From Camelus ferus (lineage: Eukaryota), in the NCBI RefSeq assembly GCF_009834535.1, contig NC_045696.1, positions 83,142,001 to 83,206,000 of the forward strand: DNA of 64,000 nt. The letters run 5' to 3'. The notes under the pieces were generated by a model, which was not told the origin of the DNA, did not search any database, and was given only the letters and a program-made list of their open reading frames with translations. The translations under genes were made by a program, and so were the position numbers. This document shows, in pieces, positions 1-11,950 of the stretch. Each line of letters opens with the position of its first letter. The stretch's first letter is position 1.

Positions 1-799
1 AGACTTGTAATAAATCTCAAGATGGTCCCAGATTTCTGCTGTTGCCTAAGTGAGTTGGAAAAGTGTGCATGTGTATGCATGTGAATGTGTGTGTGAGTGG
101 ATGTGTGGATGACTGAACCGCAAAGAAAGAAGCATTCAGAGTAGCCTCTAAGGATTTATAGCACTTCCAAAAATACTCCCTGAAGAAATCAACATGATGC
201 CATATCTTGTCACTTTGGAAACACAGATACAGAGGTTGGCTTTTTGCTGAAAATGTGATTTTTCAGACAGTAACAATGGAAGCGATTTTGATATATATCT
301 TTGGAGGCAGTTCCACAGAACAAAATCTGAAATGAGATGTAATTTGTAAAGGAAGCTCGGGAGGTGCACTGCTTGGGAATTTGTCCCCAAATGGTTTCCT
401 GAATCCTATTCTCTCGGTCTTCACTTATTTTGTAAGCCAGAATCATCACCCTAGAGGTTTGTAATTTGTGTGTTTTGTAAGACTGTACAGACTGTACGAT
501 GTATGCGGTGGAGAAAGAGGGACTTGTGCTGCTTTGCTGAATATCCTTTGAACTGGAAAAGGATGGCTGATGCTGCAGGGACCACTGAGGGCTCATTTAG
601 AGCTCTCTGCCTCCACTGAAATGCCTGGCATTAGAAACCTGGTGGAAAACATGCTTTTTAACACAGCGAAATCTGTGAAACTTTCCTAAACATGCAACAG
701 TTATGGAAAGTTACATTAAACCAAGTTGGGCTGCAAAGTATCCTCTTGTCCAGGGCCAAGTCTCTGAATAACAGGATTGTTGAATTTTCTGGGATGCTC

Positions 800-1030
800 A
801 TACCATTCCTGGCTATGATCTGTTGTTCACTTACTCTGTGCCGAACACTTTACATACATCAGTTCACATTTCCGTAACAATCACTATACGACATGAGCAA
901 CTTTGTCTCCATTTAGGTAAGAAACTGAGGCTCCGAGGGGTTAAGTGACTTATTCTGGGTCACAGAGCTAATATATAGCAAAGTGAGGATTTGAATTCAG
1001 ATCTGGCCTCTGAAACTGGCGCTCTCAGCC
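800..1030 (-). mobile_element. MIR SINE
   Basis: Core gaaactgaggctccgaggggttaagtgactt. Confidence 0.75.
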
Positions 1031-1132
1031 GCTAAACCCAACTTATGCTACAGTACTTACTCAGCACTTTTCAAGTCAATTAACCAGTTCTCAGAGACTT
1101 GCCAGTGTTCAAAATTTAAAGTTCATAACTAC

Positions 1133-1257
1133 TGGAACAAAATCTGTCCTTTTCATGGTGACAGGTTGAATAGGCCCCCTCAGACGGACTCAAGAGCCCT
1201 GCTGGGCCGCACTCGGGTCTGCCTACAGCTGGGGTCCAAAATACCTCAGGCTACAAA
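1133..1257 (-). pseudogene. EGFEM1: Heavily decayed relic EGF exon (homolog of the MEGF6 ECELGYFGPGCWQAC...ACDSVSG exon); 3' boundary uncertain
   Basis: ttgattag|TT TGT AGC CTG AGG TAT TTT GGA CCC reads VCSLRYFGP. An extra C gives TAG at 1225-1223; removing it restores SCRQT...RALESV*G. Confidence 0.6.
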
Positions 1258-2619
1258 CTAATCAAAACAAGGCAGACACTGGTTGCTGTTGTTTTAAATT
1301 TTTCCCTCTTTCTCTTTTTTGCTGTTTCACAGATTAGGGTAGGAACCAGCTCTTCTGCTCTTAAAAGTCATCACTGATGGGCTACGCGAGGCCTGGTGCT
1401 GATTGTGGAGAGCGCTGTTCATTAGTGCCGTTGAAACAATTTGCAGTCTTTAATTAACTATTCATCTGCAATCTAGACACAGGGCTGGAGTCAAGGTTTT
1501 TAAAGATATGTCTGGCTCCAGGAGCACTTGGGCTACATCACTCTTTTGAAAAAGAAAGAGAACAACAACAGACCTGATTCTCATCACACACAGCTCTCAG
1601 AGAGCTCGCCTTGCCTTGATTGCAGCTGCCAATCATGGCGATCCCATTCACCTGCTCCGGTCTGATTCATAATTTCATTTTGTGGTTAGACAAAAATATT
1701 AGAATTGGACAAAATTATCTGATTGAAAAATAATATGTTTTCCTGAGATTATGGTGACCTCTCTATTTTGCTGATTTACATACACTTTCAACTCATTTTC
1801 CTTCACAGTGGGCATCTCAGAAGCATTTTCCAATATAGTATATTCAGCAGATGCTTTAAGAAAATGTTATCAGAATAAATTAAATTTACCCAGGTGTGTG
1901 TATACGGTATTATCTCCTCATGCGTTGACTTCCAGGGCATGACATCGCTAGTTGGGGAATACATAAGGGGTTGACTCTAGGCTTAAATGTCAGTTGAAGT
2001 GGGAGGAGATTTAGATATTAGAATAGGACCCACTCTCATACCACATTAAACACTTCCCTGAAATGTCAGGCTTCTGTTTCCCCAAGTTCTCTTCCCCATT
2101 GCCTAGAAGTCACAATCTAGCTATCTAAATGGCCCCCTCTCCATGAACTCCTGATGGACATTTCTGCTCATACACTCCAATTCCATAGTCAGTTCCACGC
2201 CACAGGACAATCTGGAAGATTCTCACTGCCTTTCAGTCAGCCTGGACAAGCCTCGCTGACTCTCTGAAGATGACCACGTGAACAGCAATGTGTAACAGCC
2301 GAGAGCCAAGAACGATCTTCCATCCCAGTCCCTGCCCCTGTAAGTGGACCCAACAATATGATGGCTTCCTTTCAAACCTATTATCTCCTGATTTTAAACA
2401 AGAGTGCTCTGGATCACTTCAAAGGCAAAAAATTCACCTGCCATTGGTTATGTTCGTTTTATTTGTTCTATGTTCAGTCTTGCTATGTATTAAAGAGAAA
2501 AAAAAGGCGTGATAATTGCCCCTAAAGAAAATGGTAACAAGTGCTTAATTCAGAATGTATGATAACATGAGAAAAATGTATAAAGGATAAACATTGAAGA
2601 TTCACATTTATATATTCAT

Positions 2620-3060
2620 TTAAGAAAATACATATTGAACAACTTCTATATGTCCTGATTGTTCTGGGAGCTTGGGGATATTGTGGTGAAAAAAGTGAAT
2701 AGCTATCCTTCCCTTGTTGGAACTTGGCTTCCAACAGGAAGGGCAGGCAATACATATTGTACATAATAATTAGAGTGTACGGTATGTCAGAAGGTGGTAA
2801 GCATTTTGGAAAAATAAAAAAGTTCAAGGAGACCTGCAAGTTGCAATTTTAAGTAGTATGGTGCTGACAAGATTCAGTGAAAAGGTAATGTAAGACTTTT
2901 TGAGAAAATGAGAAGAGCCACATAAATACACGGAGAAAAGCACTCCATGTGTCCACAAACCATGAGTCCACAAACTAACATCTTGGAATACCTTTTTCCA
3001 AATTTTACATACACCCACACACGTGTATCTATACAAGACACTTATCCTTGGAATTATGCT
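2620..3060 (-). mobile_element. L2 3' fragment
   Basis: cattcatttaag...tgttctgggagcttggggatattgtggtgaa, the typical reverse L2 tail. Confidence 0.7.
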
Positions 3061-3328
3061 GCACATAAACTTTTATATTTGTAGAATTATAAAGAAATTC
3101 TTTATGTAATATCTGGAAATTTGAGAAAGGACCATACTGACAACCATATTTAAATTTTCCAAAATTTTCTATGGTTTCTATTATATTTGTTTGAATAATC
3201 TGTCTTTAGATGTAAAGAAAACTAGCCTTTAACTCTGGAAGCTGGCAGCCCTTAGTTGATTGGCTCAACTTGAACGAGTGATTGGCCAGCTCTCATCTTC
3301 TTAGAATAAGATTCTCTGCAACGTGATC

Positions 3329-3403
3329 TTTATTCTTTTGCTCAAGCCAGCAAGCAGACAGCTAACAGCAGAGGCTGAGAAGACAAGGTTAAATAACTTT
3401 ATT
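3329..3403 (-). terminator. Candidate polyadenylation signals (two AATAAA) downstream of the 3.6-kb exon
   Basis: tttatt on the plus strand at 3398-3403 and 3329-3334. A U/GU-rich tract follows the first signal on the minus strand. Confidence 0.4.
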
Positions 3404-3562
3404 GCCCTGTGTCTCGGTTTCCTCACCAACAAACAGGGAACTAATAAAGCTCACTGATCTCCTGAGGACTCTGGTGGATTAACTAATTAGTGATCATATG
3501 GTGCGAAACAAAAGCTGAGCATTGTTATTAGAGAAGAAAGAAAATTTATCATCAGATTCTAC

Positions 3563-3697
3563 CTTTCTGGCATCTGTTGCCTTGGTAACCAGATTTGCAG
3601 GTGCAACTGCCATTTTTGGCACTGCTTTCCAGGGTGTTCTCCTCCACACACTGACATTCGGAAGAGTGGCCAGCTCCGTAGGCCCCGTTGGGACAGC
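3563..3697 (-). CDS. EGFEM1: EGF exon, open, 135 nt: SCPNGAYGAGHSSECQCVEENTLESSAKNGSCTCKSGYQGNRCQK; two Cys lost (to His and Ser); possibly a composite terminal exon
   Basis: cttgcag|GC...AAA G|gtagaa. The third frame of the region covered by ORFs 3494-3772 and 3559-3846. Read-through gives GRI then TGA TGA TAA. Confidence 0.9.
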
Positions 3698-5258
3698 CTG
3701 CAAGCAGGTGGAGGCAAACCGGTCACCTGAAAACCATGCTTTGTTTCTTTCACACTGTGAGTGCACAGGCACGTAGTTCTGCGGGGGCTGATTATGGGGA
3801 AAACAAGGGGCTCATCCTGACTGCCAAGAAAAAAATAGGGAAACAAATGTCTTTCAAATCAGGCAATTCATTTAATTTTTGGCAACTGGATGCGAACAGT
3901 GAAGCCTGAACTACTTAAAAGGCTTTGGTGCTTCCGGGAGAGAAATTGCTTCTCAATCTGCTCCATTGGTGCCTGTAGTTAATATTCTCCAAGGACTGCT
4001 AAGGCCTGTCAGACCCCATATTCATCCTGCTACAGCAGAGCGATGATGGACAAGCCCTGATGAGAAGGCTCGCCACTGTTTTCATTCCCTCTCATTATAT
4101 GGTAATCCAAAATAATTTTACATCATGTAGATAACACAGAACTTTCACCCTGACGGAAGCATTATCTTGGCCACATCTTTGGCAAATGGTACTTGGCTTT
4201 TCTTCCTTTATTTTGAGTTTTAGGGATGGTAGTCAGCACAGGAATTCTAATTTGACAAAGTCCCACCTTTGCATTCAGGAAAACTTACCCTTAGTTTTCT
4301 CTATGAGGAGTTACCTACAGTAATTCAATTCCCTTTCCAAAACATAATTCCCCCCCCCCCCAATTACAGGTATCCAAGGGACTCAAATAAAAGATCCTTC
4401 AAGTGCCCTCCAGGCTCAAGGCAACTGTATTATATGCCTATATATGTGTTGCTGTGGAAAGCTGCTTGGAGAGAACAAAATAAGCCACTTGACTTTCTGA
4501 TGGATGGAAATTATTAGCATCTGTTAATATCTGCTGTTATTAGCAGAGATAATTGAACATGGTGGTTATGATGCCACCATGGAGGGAGATCCTTGTCTCA
4601 GTTGCCAGGGACAGAGTGAGTTATATATAAGACTCAAAAGGTTTCTGTTATTAAAAGTGGGTCATGGTATTACTGAGGGTCACTCAGGAAGGATTTTCAG
4701 AAGAGGGCACATGGAACAGATAGGGGAGCAAGGTGCAGCTTCAAGGTGAGACGGCTGGTGGACATCCAGAGCTGTCCCATCGGGAGACAGCTTAAAAGTT
4801 ACTGATGGGCTGAAATATTTGCTGGTGATTGTGTTTTCTCACATCTTTTACAAAACGTGATAGCTGGTCAAAACGCATAGTGAATAGTATATTTTAGAAA
4901 TTTCAGGGAATGATACTGTTCTGCACAAGAAATAAAAGATACTTGTCTTGGCCTTTGATATTCAACTTCCTTAAGTGTTGGATGTTCACATAAATGAACT
5001 ATTAACAATCCTCTCTCAACAATTAAGGTGAACACTAACTAGGAAAAAATAGGAAGACTCCAGAAACATTTTTCTTTCATTCATGAAAATATAGATTCTT
5101 GCAATGGAAGGAAGCTAAATAAAGACTAGAACATCAACTGTCATGTATGATATGACCATATAAAATATGTTATGCTTTCTACTCTTTCCCTTCATCTAGT
5201 GTGAACAAAGAAGAACAGAGACGTGTTGCTCACCACCCAGTTCCACGAAGGTGAAGCC

Positions 5259-5275
5259 CTAACCCCCTGGTGGTT
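5259..5275 (-). promoter_or_regulatory. Candidate CTCF motif
   Basis: The minus strand reads AACCACCAGGGGGTTAG; CCACCAGGGGG matches the CTCF core but the CGC tail is absent. Confidence 0.3.
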
Positions 5276-5694
5276 GCCCGCCAACAGTGCACCCAGGGGT
5301 GGGGAACTCAGGATGAATAATATAGTAAGTGTGTGACTGCACTCACTCTTTAATAATATATAAGGCATTTTATCTGACATAAAGGATAATGTATAAACAT
5401 CATACAACAGTTGTGGTGCCAATTAAGTCAACCCTAAAATTAAAAGAGATGTGCATGGGAGGACTGAAATATAGATAAATAAACTGGATTTTCCCCTCTC
5501 TTTTCGGAGCAGTTTCCTCAGAGCTAAACAAGTGGCTGTCTCCTGGGCTAAAGTCTCAGCAAGATCCTGAATAAAACTTAAACTCACAGCTCTTACACTG
5601 GGTGTCTGTCTTTAGGTTGACACTGATGTATTTTTGGTAGTTTTCTGAGCTTCCTTGCTTCACGCAGAGAGAAAAGGTAGTGTCTGTGACTTAC

Positions 5695-5823
5695 TCAGAT
5701 GACAAAACCTCCCACAGCACCCTGGCTCACACATGCAGGCGCGCCATACACCCTGTGGCAATGGCCGTTGTGGGCAGTTACATTTCCTTTTGCAGTTGCT
5801 CCCAAAGCATCCTTTTGGGCATC
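5695..5823 (-). pseudogene. EGFEM1: EGF exon, 129 nt, net in frame, with an internally frameshifted segment: GCPKGCFGSNCKRKCNC[PQRPLPQGVWR]ACMCEPGCCGRFCHL
   Basis: cctccag|GA...CTG A|gtaagt. The expected NGHCHRVYG is readable in another frame at about 5769-5743. Confidence 0.88.
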
Positions 5824-6269
5824 CTGGAGGGTGGAAAGACAAACAAAGCAAATATTAACCCGCATGCAAGCCTTGCTAGAGCTGTTGTTTCATGAAATAA
5901 GGAGCTTGCCAAAGATAAGAGGTTTCCAACGGAATTGGACCGAGGCCAGAGAAAGCTTTTAAAAACCACGCATATGATTTTGTATTCTCTGCCCAAAATT
6001 CTGCAATGACTTGTCACTGCTTTCAGATGAAAACCCCCAAACTTAACAAGACCAATGAGCCACTACACTGGCTGACCTCGTGTGGCACTCACCTCTCCCT
6101 TACTGACTTTTGCTCCACCAGCTGCGCTGAGCTTCTTCAGGGTGCCTCTAATGCAAGTCACTCTTACCTACTTCAGTGTCTGGTGACACGGGGCCCACTC
6201 AGTCTGTATGCTCTTCCCTCTCTCCTTCCCTGCCTCGCGTCTCCTCATTTTGCAGGCTTCTGCTGAAGT

Positions 6270-6515
6270 GTCACTTCTCTAGAAGTCTCTTCCTGGCTCA
6301 CACAATCTGCCCTCATGGTCTGACCTCCAAGCATGCATTAATATTTCATTTGAAATACCTACCAACATTTGTGACCTACGTCTGCTTTGAACAAGACTGT
6401 AAGTTCCACATGGAAGGGCCAGGGTCTTTTTTATTTTTGTTTTGTTACCGTATCACAAAGCCTGGAACAATGCCTTGCAAACACTTAATACATATATTTT
6501 GAATAAATGAATAGT
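6270..6515 (+). mobile_element. L2 3' end
   Basis: aagactgtaagttccacatggaagggccagg...ttgaataaatgaat. Confidence 0.75.
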
Positions 6516-7256
6516 GTTCGGGGGATAAATAAGTCAGATGCCAGCAGAAGCCTTCCTGCACTTCTTAGAGAGTGAAGTAAACTTGGGTTCCATCTTCCTA
6601 GTTCCACGATCTGTGAGAATGTAATAAACTCGCCATGATTTCTGGCAGTCCCTGAAGACCTACATCTCCACTGACTCTCCGCCTTCAGCTCTTGGGTCTG
6701 TACAAGCAGTTTTTGTGTGTGTGTTTTATCAACTCAAGTAGAAAATGTGGTCTCTTGACTGGTTTCCATGAAAAATTCACATACAGCACTTACTGGACTT
6801 TGTAAGTTTTTCATCCATCATTTCTCCCCTCTTTTCCTCTCTCTCTCCTCTCCTTTTCTTCTCTGATTTTCATCTCTCTTCCTCCCTGATTTGCCCAAAG
6901 AGTTCCATTTTTTCTCTCTTTTATTACGCAAAGCAAATAAATTCACCCCAGTCCTTAGGTCCAAACCTGCATACACAAACTCAATGTTTTGCTCAGGGGA
7001 GGAAAAAAGCTTTCTCTGTATCACAGTTCATCCTGCTTAGATCAGACTTGGAGGTTTAAGAACCACGTATTTTGTTCTGTTACACATGTTGTCAGTCAAA
7101 GCCATTGTACTCTTGTGTATACACACTGTCGTCTTTACTTCTTCAGAAAAGACCACCTTGAAAAATACAGATGTAGCTTTCATTTTGTTTATTCCCCACT
7201 AGAGATCTCAAGAACTGGAAGAGTCGTCTCGTGTGACCAGCACCGGCTTTCCCTAC

Positions 7257-7370
7257 CGTCTCCACAGGGTTTCCCGTGCAGCCCCGTGGGCACTGGCACT
7301 GCCCAGCTGCCTCCGTTCTCACGGCCACAGATGTCATTGCACTCTTTCCCCCTGGTCTCGGGGTAAAAAG
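7257..7370 (-). pseudogene. EGFEM1: Degenerate EGF exon, 114 nt (129 expected), net in frame: TFYPETRGKECNDICGRENGGSWAVPVPTGLHGKPCGD
   Basis: ttcatag|CT...GAC G|gtaggg. GQCQCP is in a shifted frame (ORF 7143-7337). Several Cys are lost. Confidence 0.8.
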
Positions 7371-10300
7371 CTATGAAGAAAATGGAGAGGGCGAACAGGC
7401 AGCGTAACACACTCACTGTGGTACAAAGGGAGATGGCCGGGAGCCTGTCTTACTATCAGAATGGGTTCTGAGTAATTAAAATCTTTGTAACTTGTAGACC
7501 CGGGAAGGGTCTCTGGTATGTTCCTAGTGTTTGAATGGCATCATCATTCCTGGGGGAATTTCGAATACAGCTAGTTAAAGTCATGCAGACTAAAGGACTG
7601 CTAACAAGGTTCACATGCAAAATTTACCTGTTCCTTAAACTCTAACCCACAGTTTCAGAACTACCTAGACATCTTTGCTGTTTAGCTGTCACTAATCTTA
7701 ATGAGAAACAAACTGCATCCCCTATTTTGAAAAAATGGGAAGAATATGCAGAAAAAAAATGTCATGTGTTTTTAACGAGGAATGAGTGTAGCTAAGCCTG
7801 TCTTGGGGGGCCTCAAGGTATTCTGCACTGTCAAAGATTGATGACGTCAAGAAAACAACTGTTTCGTTTTGTTTTCTGGTTTGTTGGTTTGGGGGAAGTA
7901 TTTAGCAATCCATTAAAAATAAATAAATTGGGGGATATGTCTATGACTTTAGCTTAACTTCAGTAAATACAGCTGTTGAGGTAACTTCAGTAACCATCTT
8001 AATGGCCATTTTATCATAATTGGCTAAATATCATAAAACTATACTTACATCAACCCCTCTATCTACCCACCCACATGACTCCAGATGCTAACATGGAAAC
8101 TTGGCTTCTTATCCACTTTTTTCTTTGCTTTCAAGCCTGAGGTTACAATGAAAAGGAAAGAGGAAAACAAAAGGAATGAGAGAAGGAAACTGGCAGCAAA
8201 CAGCAGTTGAGGTCTACACTATTAATTTACACGTAGTAAGTCTTTGAATTCTTACAGCAGCTATAGGTGGAGTAATTTTTTTAAAAAGTAGACCTGAAAA
8301 ACAAAGCTAAGGAAGTTTAAATAGCTTGCATGGTATCTGGATTATAGCAAGGCGTCAACATCGGCAAACCAACACTATTGTCTGGCACTCCCCCACAAAA
8401 AGAATATGGTATCACGGAGTAGAGGGATTTGCTAAATACTTCATTAGCACCAAACAGAGCAATTATCCTGGAGAAGAAAATTTTAAAACAAACATGGCCG
8501 TAGATGGGTGGTTTGGAAGAAGCCATGAATCCTCCCGTGTAATACTAGCCCACTGATTCGCCATAGGAAAATATTCCAATCTCCTCTTCGGACTGGGTGG
8601 AGTCTCACAATAACTAATAAGATCGTCAACATAAAATCTTCTCAAAAGAAACAGAGCTCTGAAATGTGCCATTAAAATTAATATGTGGTAATTTTTAAAT
8701 TGCTTTAAAGAAATTCTTAAGACGTCAATATAGTTGCTTTAATTATAGACCAGTAAAGACATCTGGCTAGAAGAGCCACTCCATAGGAAAACTAATTGTC
8801 CAGACCCCTGCAGAATATTTTTTTTTGATGTCCCTTGCTGCATTTGAAGAGCTGATACTCTTAGAAATACTAATGATGAATGATTTGTCACTTCCATTTA
8901 TTACAGTTTATAGGAACTTTTTTAAGAAAGTGTTCTCACTCTCCTTTTCCATTAAAGAATTTATGAGCACTTTTTTTTTCCAGTTTGGATTGTTTTGTTT
9001 TCATTTTTGTAAAAAACAAGAATGAACGACAGAGAGGAAATGCAGAGAAGATACAAGTTTCTGTTTTCTGAGACAGCCTCCTCGGACTATGTGAACACTT
9101 AAAAGAACCTCAAGGGATTCCAAAGCCAAAGATGGGGTCATGTTCTTTTCATTATATCATGAAATTCCATTTTCAGTATTTCTATATTAGTTTAGTGTCA
9201 CAGGTGTTTTATCCAAATGCATTTGCAATAGATTATTAGTTTCTTTCCTCATGCTGACATGTTAGGTATCAAAAGTTTGGATGATGTATATTTATGAACA
9301 AAATTTACAATATAGGATAAACATTTACTTCCTAATAGTCATGCAATAACATTAATTTGATTCTAGTTTTATACAGTTGACTATGTCAAGCTGATAAGCT
9401 CCCAGTCTAGTAAGGGAAATGGAATAGGAACATAGCTAATTCTAACCCAAAGAGGAGAGAGAGAGAGAGACTTTAAATCCATCAAAAGTATAAATAGTTG
9501 TGGTTAGTCTGGGGCCATCAAATAAAGCTTCATACAATAAATGGCAATGAACAAAGGTGGCAGTTTAGCAAAAGGCACAAAGCTGTAAAGTCCAAAGCAT
9601 TAAGTAGTTAGTGGTTTAGTTTGCTGAAGATGATAAGCTGGTCAAAGAGTTGTGGATAAAAAGAAAAAAGGATTTATGAGCGCCTGATACGAGATGGTTG
9701 CCAATGACTGAATCAGAAGCGTGAGCTTTATGCACCAGGAAATGGGACACTCCTGAAACGAGCAGCAGAGAAACATGATCAGAGCAATGCTTTAGGAAGA
9801 TCCTCAACACTCTAACTAGTAATTCTGGGGCAACCACTTCACTATGTTATAACTCAAGTTTTGCATCTATCTCACGATAGAAACAACATTTGTCTTCTTT
9901 CTTCCCATATGTGGGGGGTTCAAAAGCAAATCTGCTCACGTCATCTTCTGAGCCACCCACAAAGACTAAACTCTTTTATTAAAAAATTTATAAGGGAAAT
10001 TTAAAAAGAGAAAGAAGAAATAAAGACAGGCAATATATTTTGTTTTTATTACTTGGCAGTTTTAGTGCCTGCAAGTATGACTCCATTTAAAATATAAAGG
10101 AAAAAATTTATTAGAGGTATTATTTTCCAATCGTTGACATTTTCTCATGAGAGATTTATATAAAAAGGTTAAAAGTGTCATTGACTGTACTTACATATTG
10201 TTTAAAAGAAAAAGAAAAGAAAACACAAACAAAAAGCGGCAGCGAACAGTCAAGCGGTTCCATTCGTTGTGCTTCGTAACACAAATCCTTTCATCTTTGT

Positions 10301-10656
10301 CTTCATTGGGAATAGCTTGCCAGGGCCTAATGATTTATTTAAATGGAGGGATTTTTATAGGCCTAGAATATTAGGATCCTTTATTAACTTTTACGTTCCA
10401 TGGATAAACAAGAGTCAGAACACCAAGTTTCCCAGGGAACACAAAATCTCCCCTTTTAATCACATGCTCCATTTGAAACCTCAGGGCTTCGTAGACAATA
10501 TTTTTCCACAACAAATAAATTGGTTTTTCACCCAGATCAATCGTCAACCCTGTTAAAACATTTTAGGGAGGACACACGTAAAGAAGAACTCATCACCGGT
10601 AGTTGGCTGGCAGCAAAGGAGAACGCATCTTACCGGATCTCCAATGTATCACTTAC

Positions 10657-10788
10657 TTTCATTACAAAGAACTCCTCCCCAGCCAGCAGGGCAGGAGCAC
10701 CCACTCCTTCCTTCCTGACACCTGCCTCCATTCATGCAGTTGGCACAGCACTGACTGCAATCGCGGCCAAAGGTGTGATCTAAACAGA
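10657..10788 (-). CDS. EGFEM1: EGF exon, open, 132 nt: VCLDHTFGRDCSQCCANCMNGGRCQEGRSGCSCPAGWGGVLCNE; carries one extra Cys
   Basis: cattccag|TC...GAA A|gtaagt. Matches part of ORF 10649-10876. Confidence 0.92.
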
Positions 10789-11139
10789 CTGGAATGCGAT
10801 GCCATCTTAGTTGACCCACGCTGTTTACATCACTGAAAGGGAAGACGAAACCCGCCACCGCTGAGAAAACAAACACACGTGATCCTTGGGCCTATTTCCT
10901 AAAGAGTCCCAGGAAAAGGCAAGAGCAGAGAGAAACCTTTTAAAATAGAGCTTGGAATGTAGCCCCTAAAGAGTATTTAGAATATTTAAGAATGCAAAAA
11001 AAAAGGGAAAGAAATTACCAGTGATTTCTGAACACAAAAATAATCAATGTTCCTGGCACCTTAGTGTTTTTTGTTCCAGGCTTTTTGATGCAAAGGGTTT
11101 TTTTTTTGTTTGTTTGTTTGTTTTTTCCCCTAAGTAAGC

Positions 11140-11950
11140 CTTTTTATTGCAATTTAATAAACATATGCAGAGAAGTGCACAAAACTCAAGTATTCACTTC
11201 CTACTTTCCCCCTACAGTGTAAACAACCCCATGTAACTGCCTCCCAGATCAAGATACAGATTATTACCAGCAGCTCAAAACCTCAGAGGTGGCCTGATGA
11301 TTCTTACTCACTAGCCTTACAAATGAAGCATTATCCTGATTTCTGTCACCGTGGATTACTGTCCCTTAGTTTTGAACGTCATATAAATAGGATCATAAAG
11401 TATGTACGTACTCTTTGGTATCACGCTTCTTTCATTCAACACAATGTTTGTGAGACTCATCCATATGTTCTGTATACAGTTTATTTTTTATGGCTGTGTA
11501 GTAGTCTATTGCATAAGTGTACCAGAATATGTTTTTCCATCCTATTCTTGAGGGAAATTACCTTAATCTGAATGAGGATGGAGAGACTTGATTTCAGTTG
11601 TTTTAAGGCTTATTCCATTTCAAGTTTTCCCCCTGTCTCTAGGTGGAGTCTTTCAGACGTCCCAGTTGAAAGCCTACCATGTTTAGCAAGGCCTCTCCAC
11701 TTTGGCAGATTCTGAATTCCAACTTCTACCTCTCCAGCGCTGTGATACTGCTGCTAACTGTGCTTAGCTCCTCCCCCTATCAGCAGCTGTCTGTAGATTT
11801 CCGGGCTTCTCTGCCTGCACTGCCCATCCATTAGCAAATGGCGCAAGGGGGAAGGCAGCACAGATTGTCCATCATACTTGTCCAAGCTTCTCTCCTCTCT
11901 AGATCTTGGCCACTCAAGTTCTGACTGCCTTGGGAGCCCTGAACTATTTC
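11140..11950 (-). mobile_element. L1M 3'-end relic
   Basis: T-rich tail followed by cccagatcaagatacag...catataaataggatcata...cttctttcattcaacacaatgtttgtgagactcatccat. Confidence 0.75.

Noticed and set aside
350-420. Possible further relic exon (PFGDKFPSSAP in one minus frame)
   Set aside because: Only a vague resemblance to the next MEGF6 repeat, with no Cys; not supportable without a profile search.
210-596. 128-aa Ser/Gln-rich minus-strand ORF and the many other 60-130 aa ORF-track entries
   Set aside because: No recognisable domain or splice context; lengths are as expected by chance in AT-rich intron and repeats. Several span N gaps.
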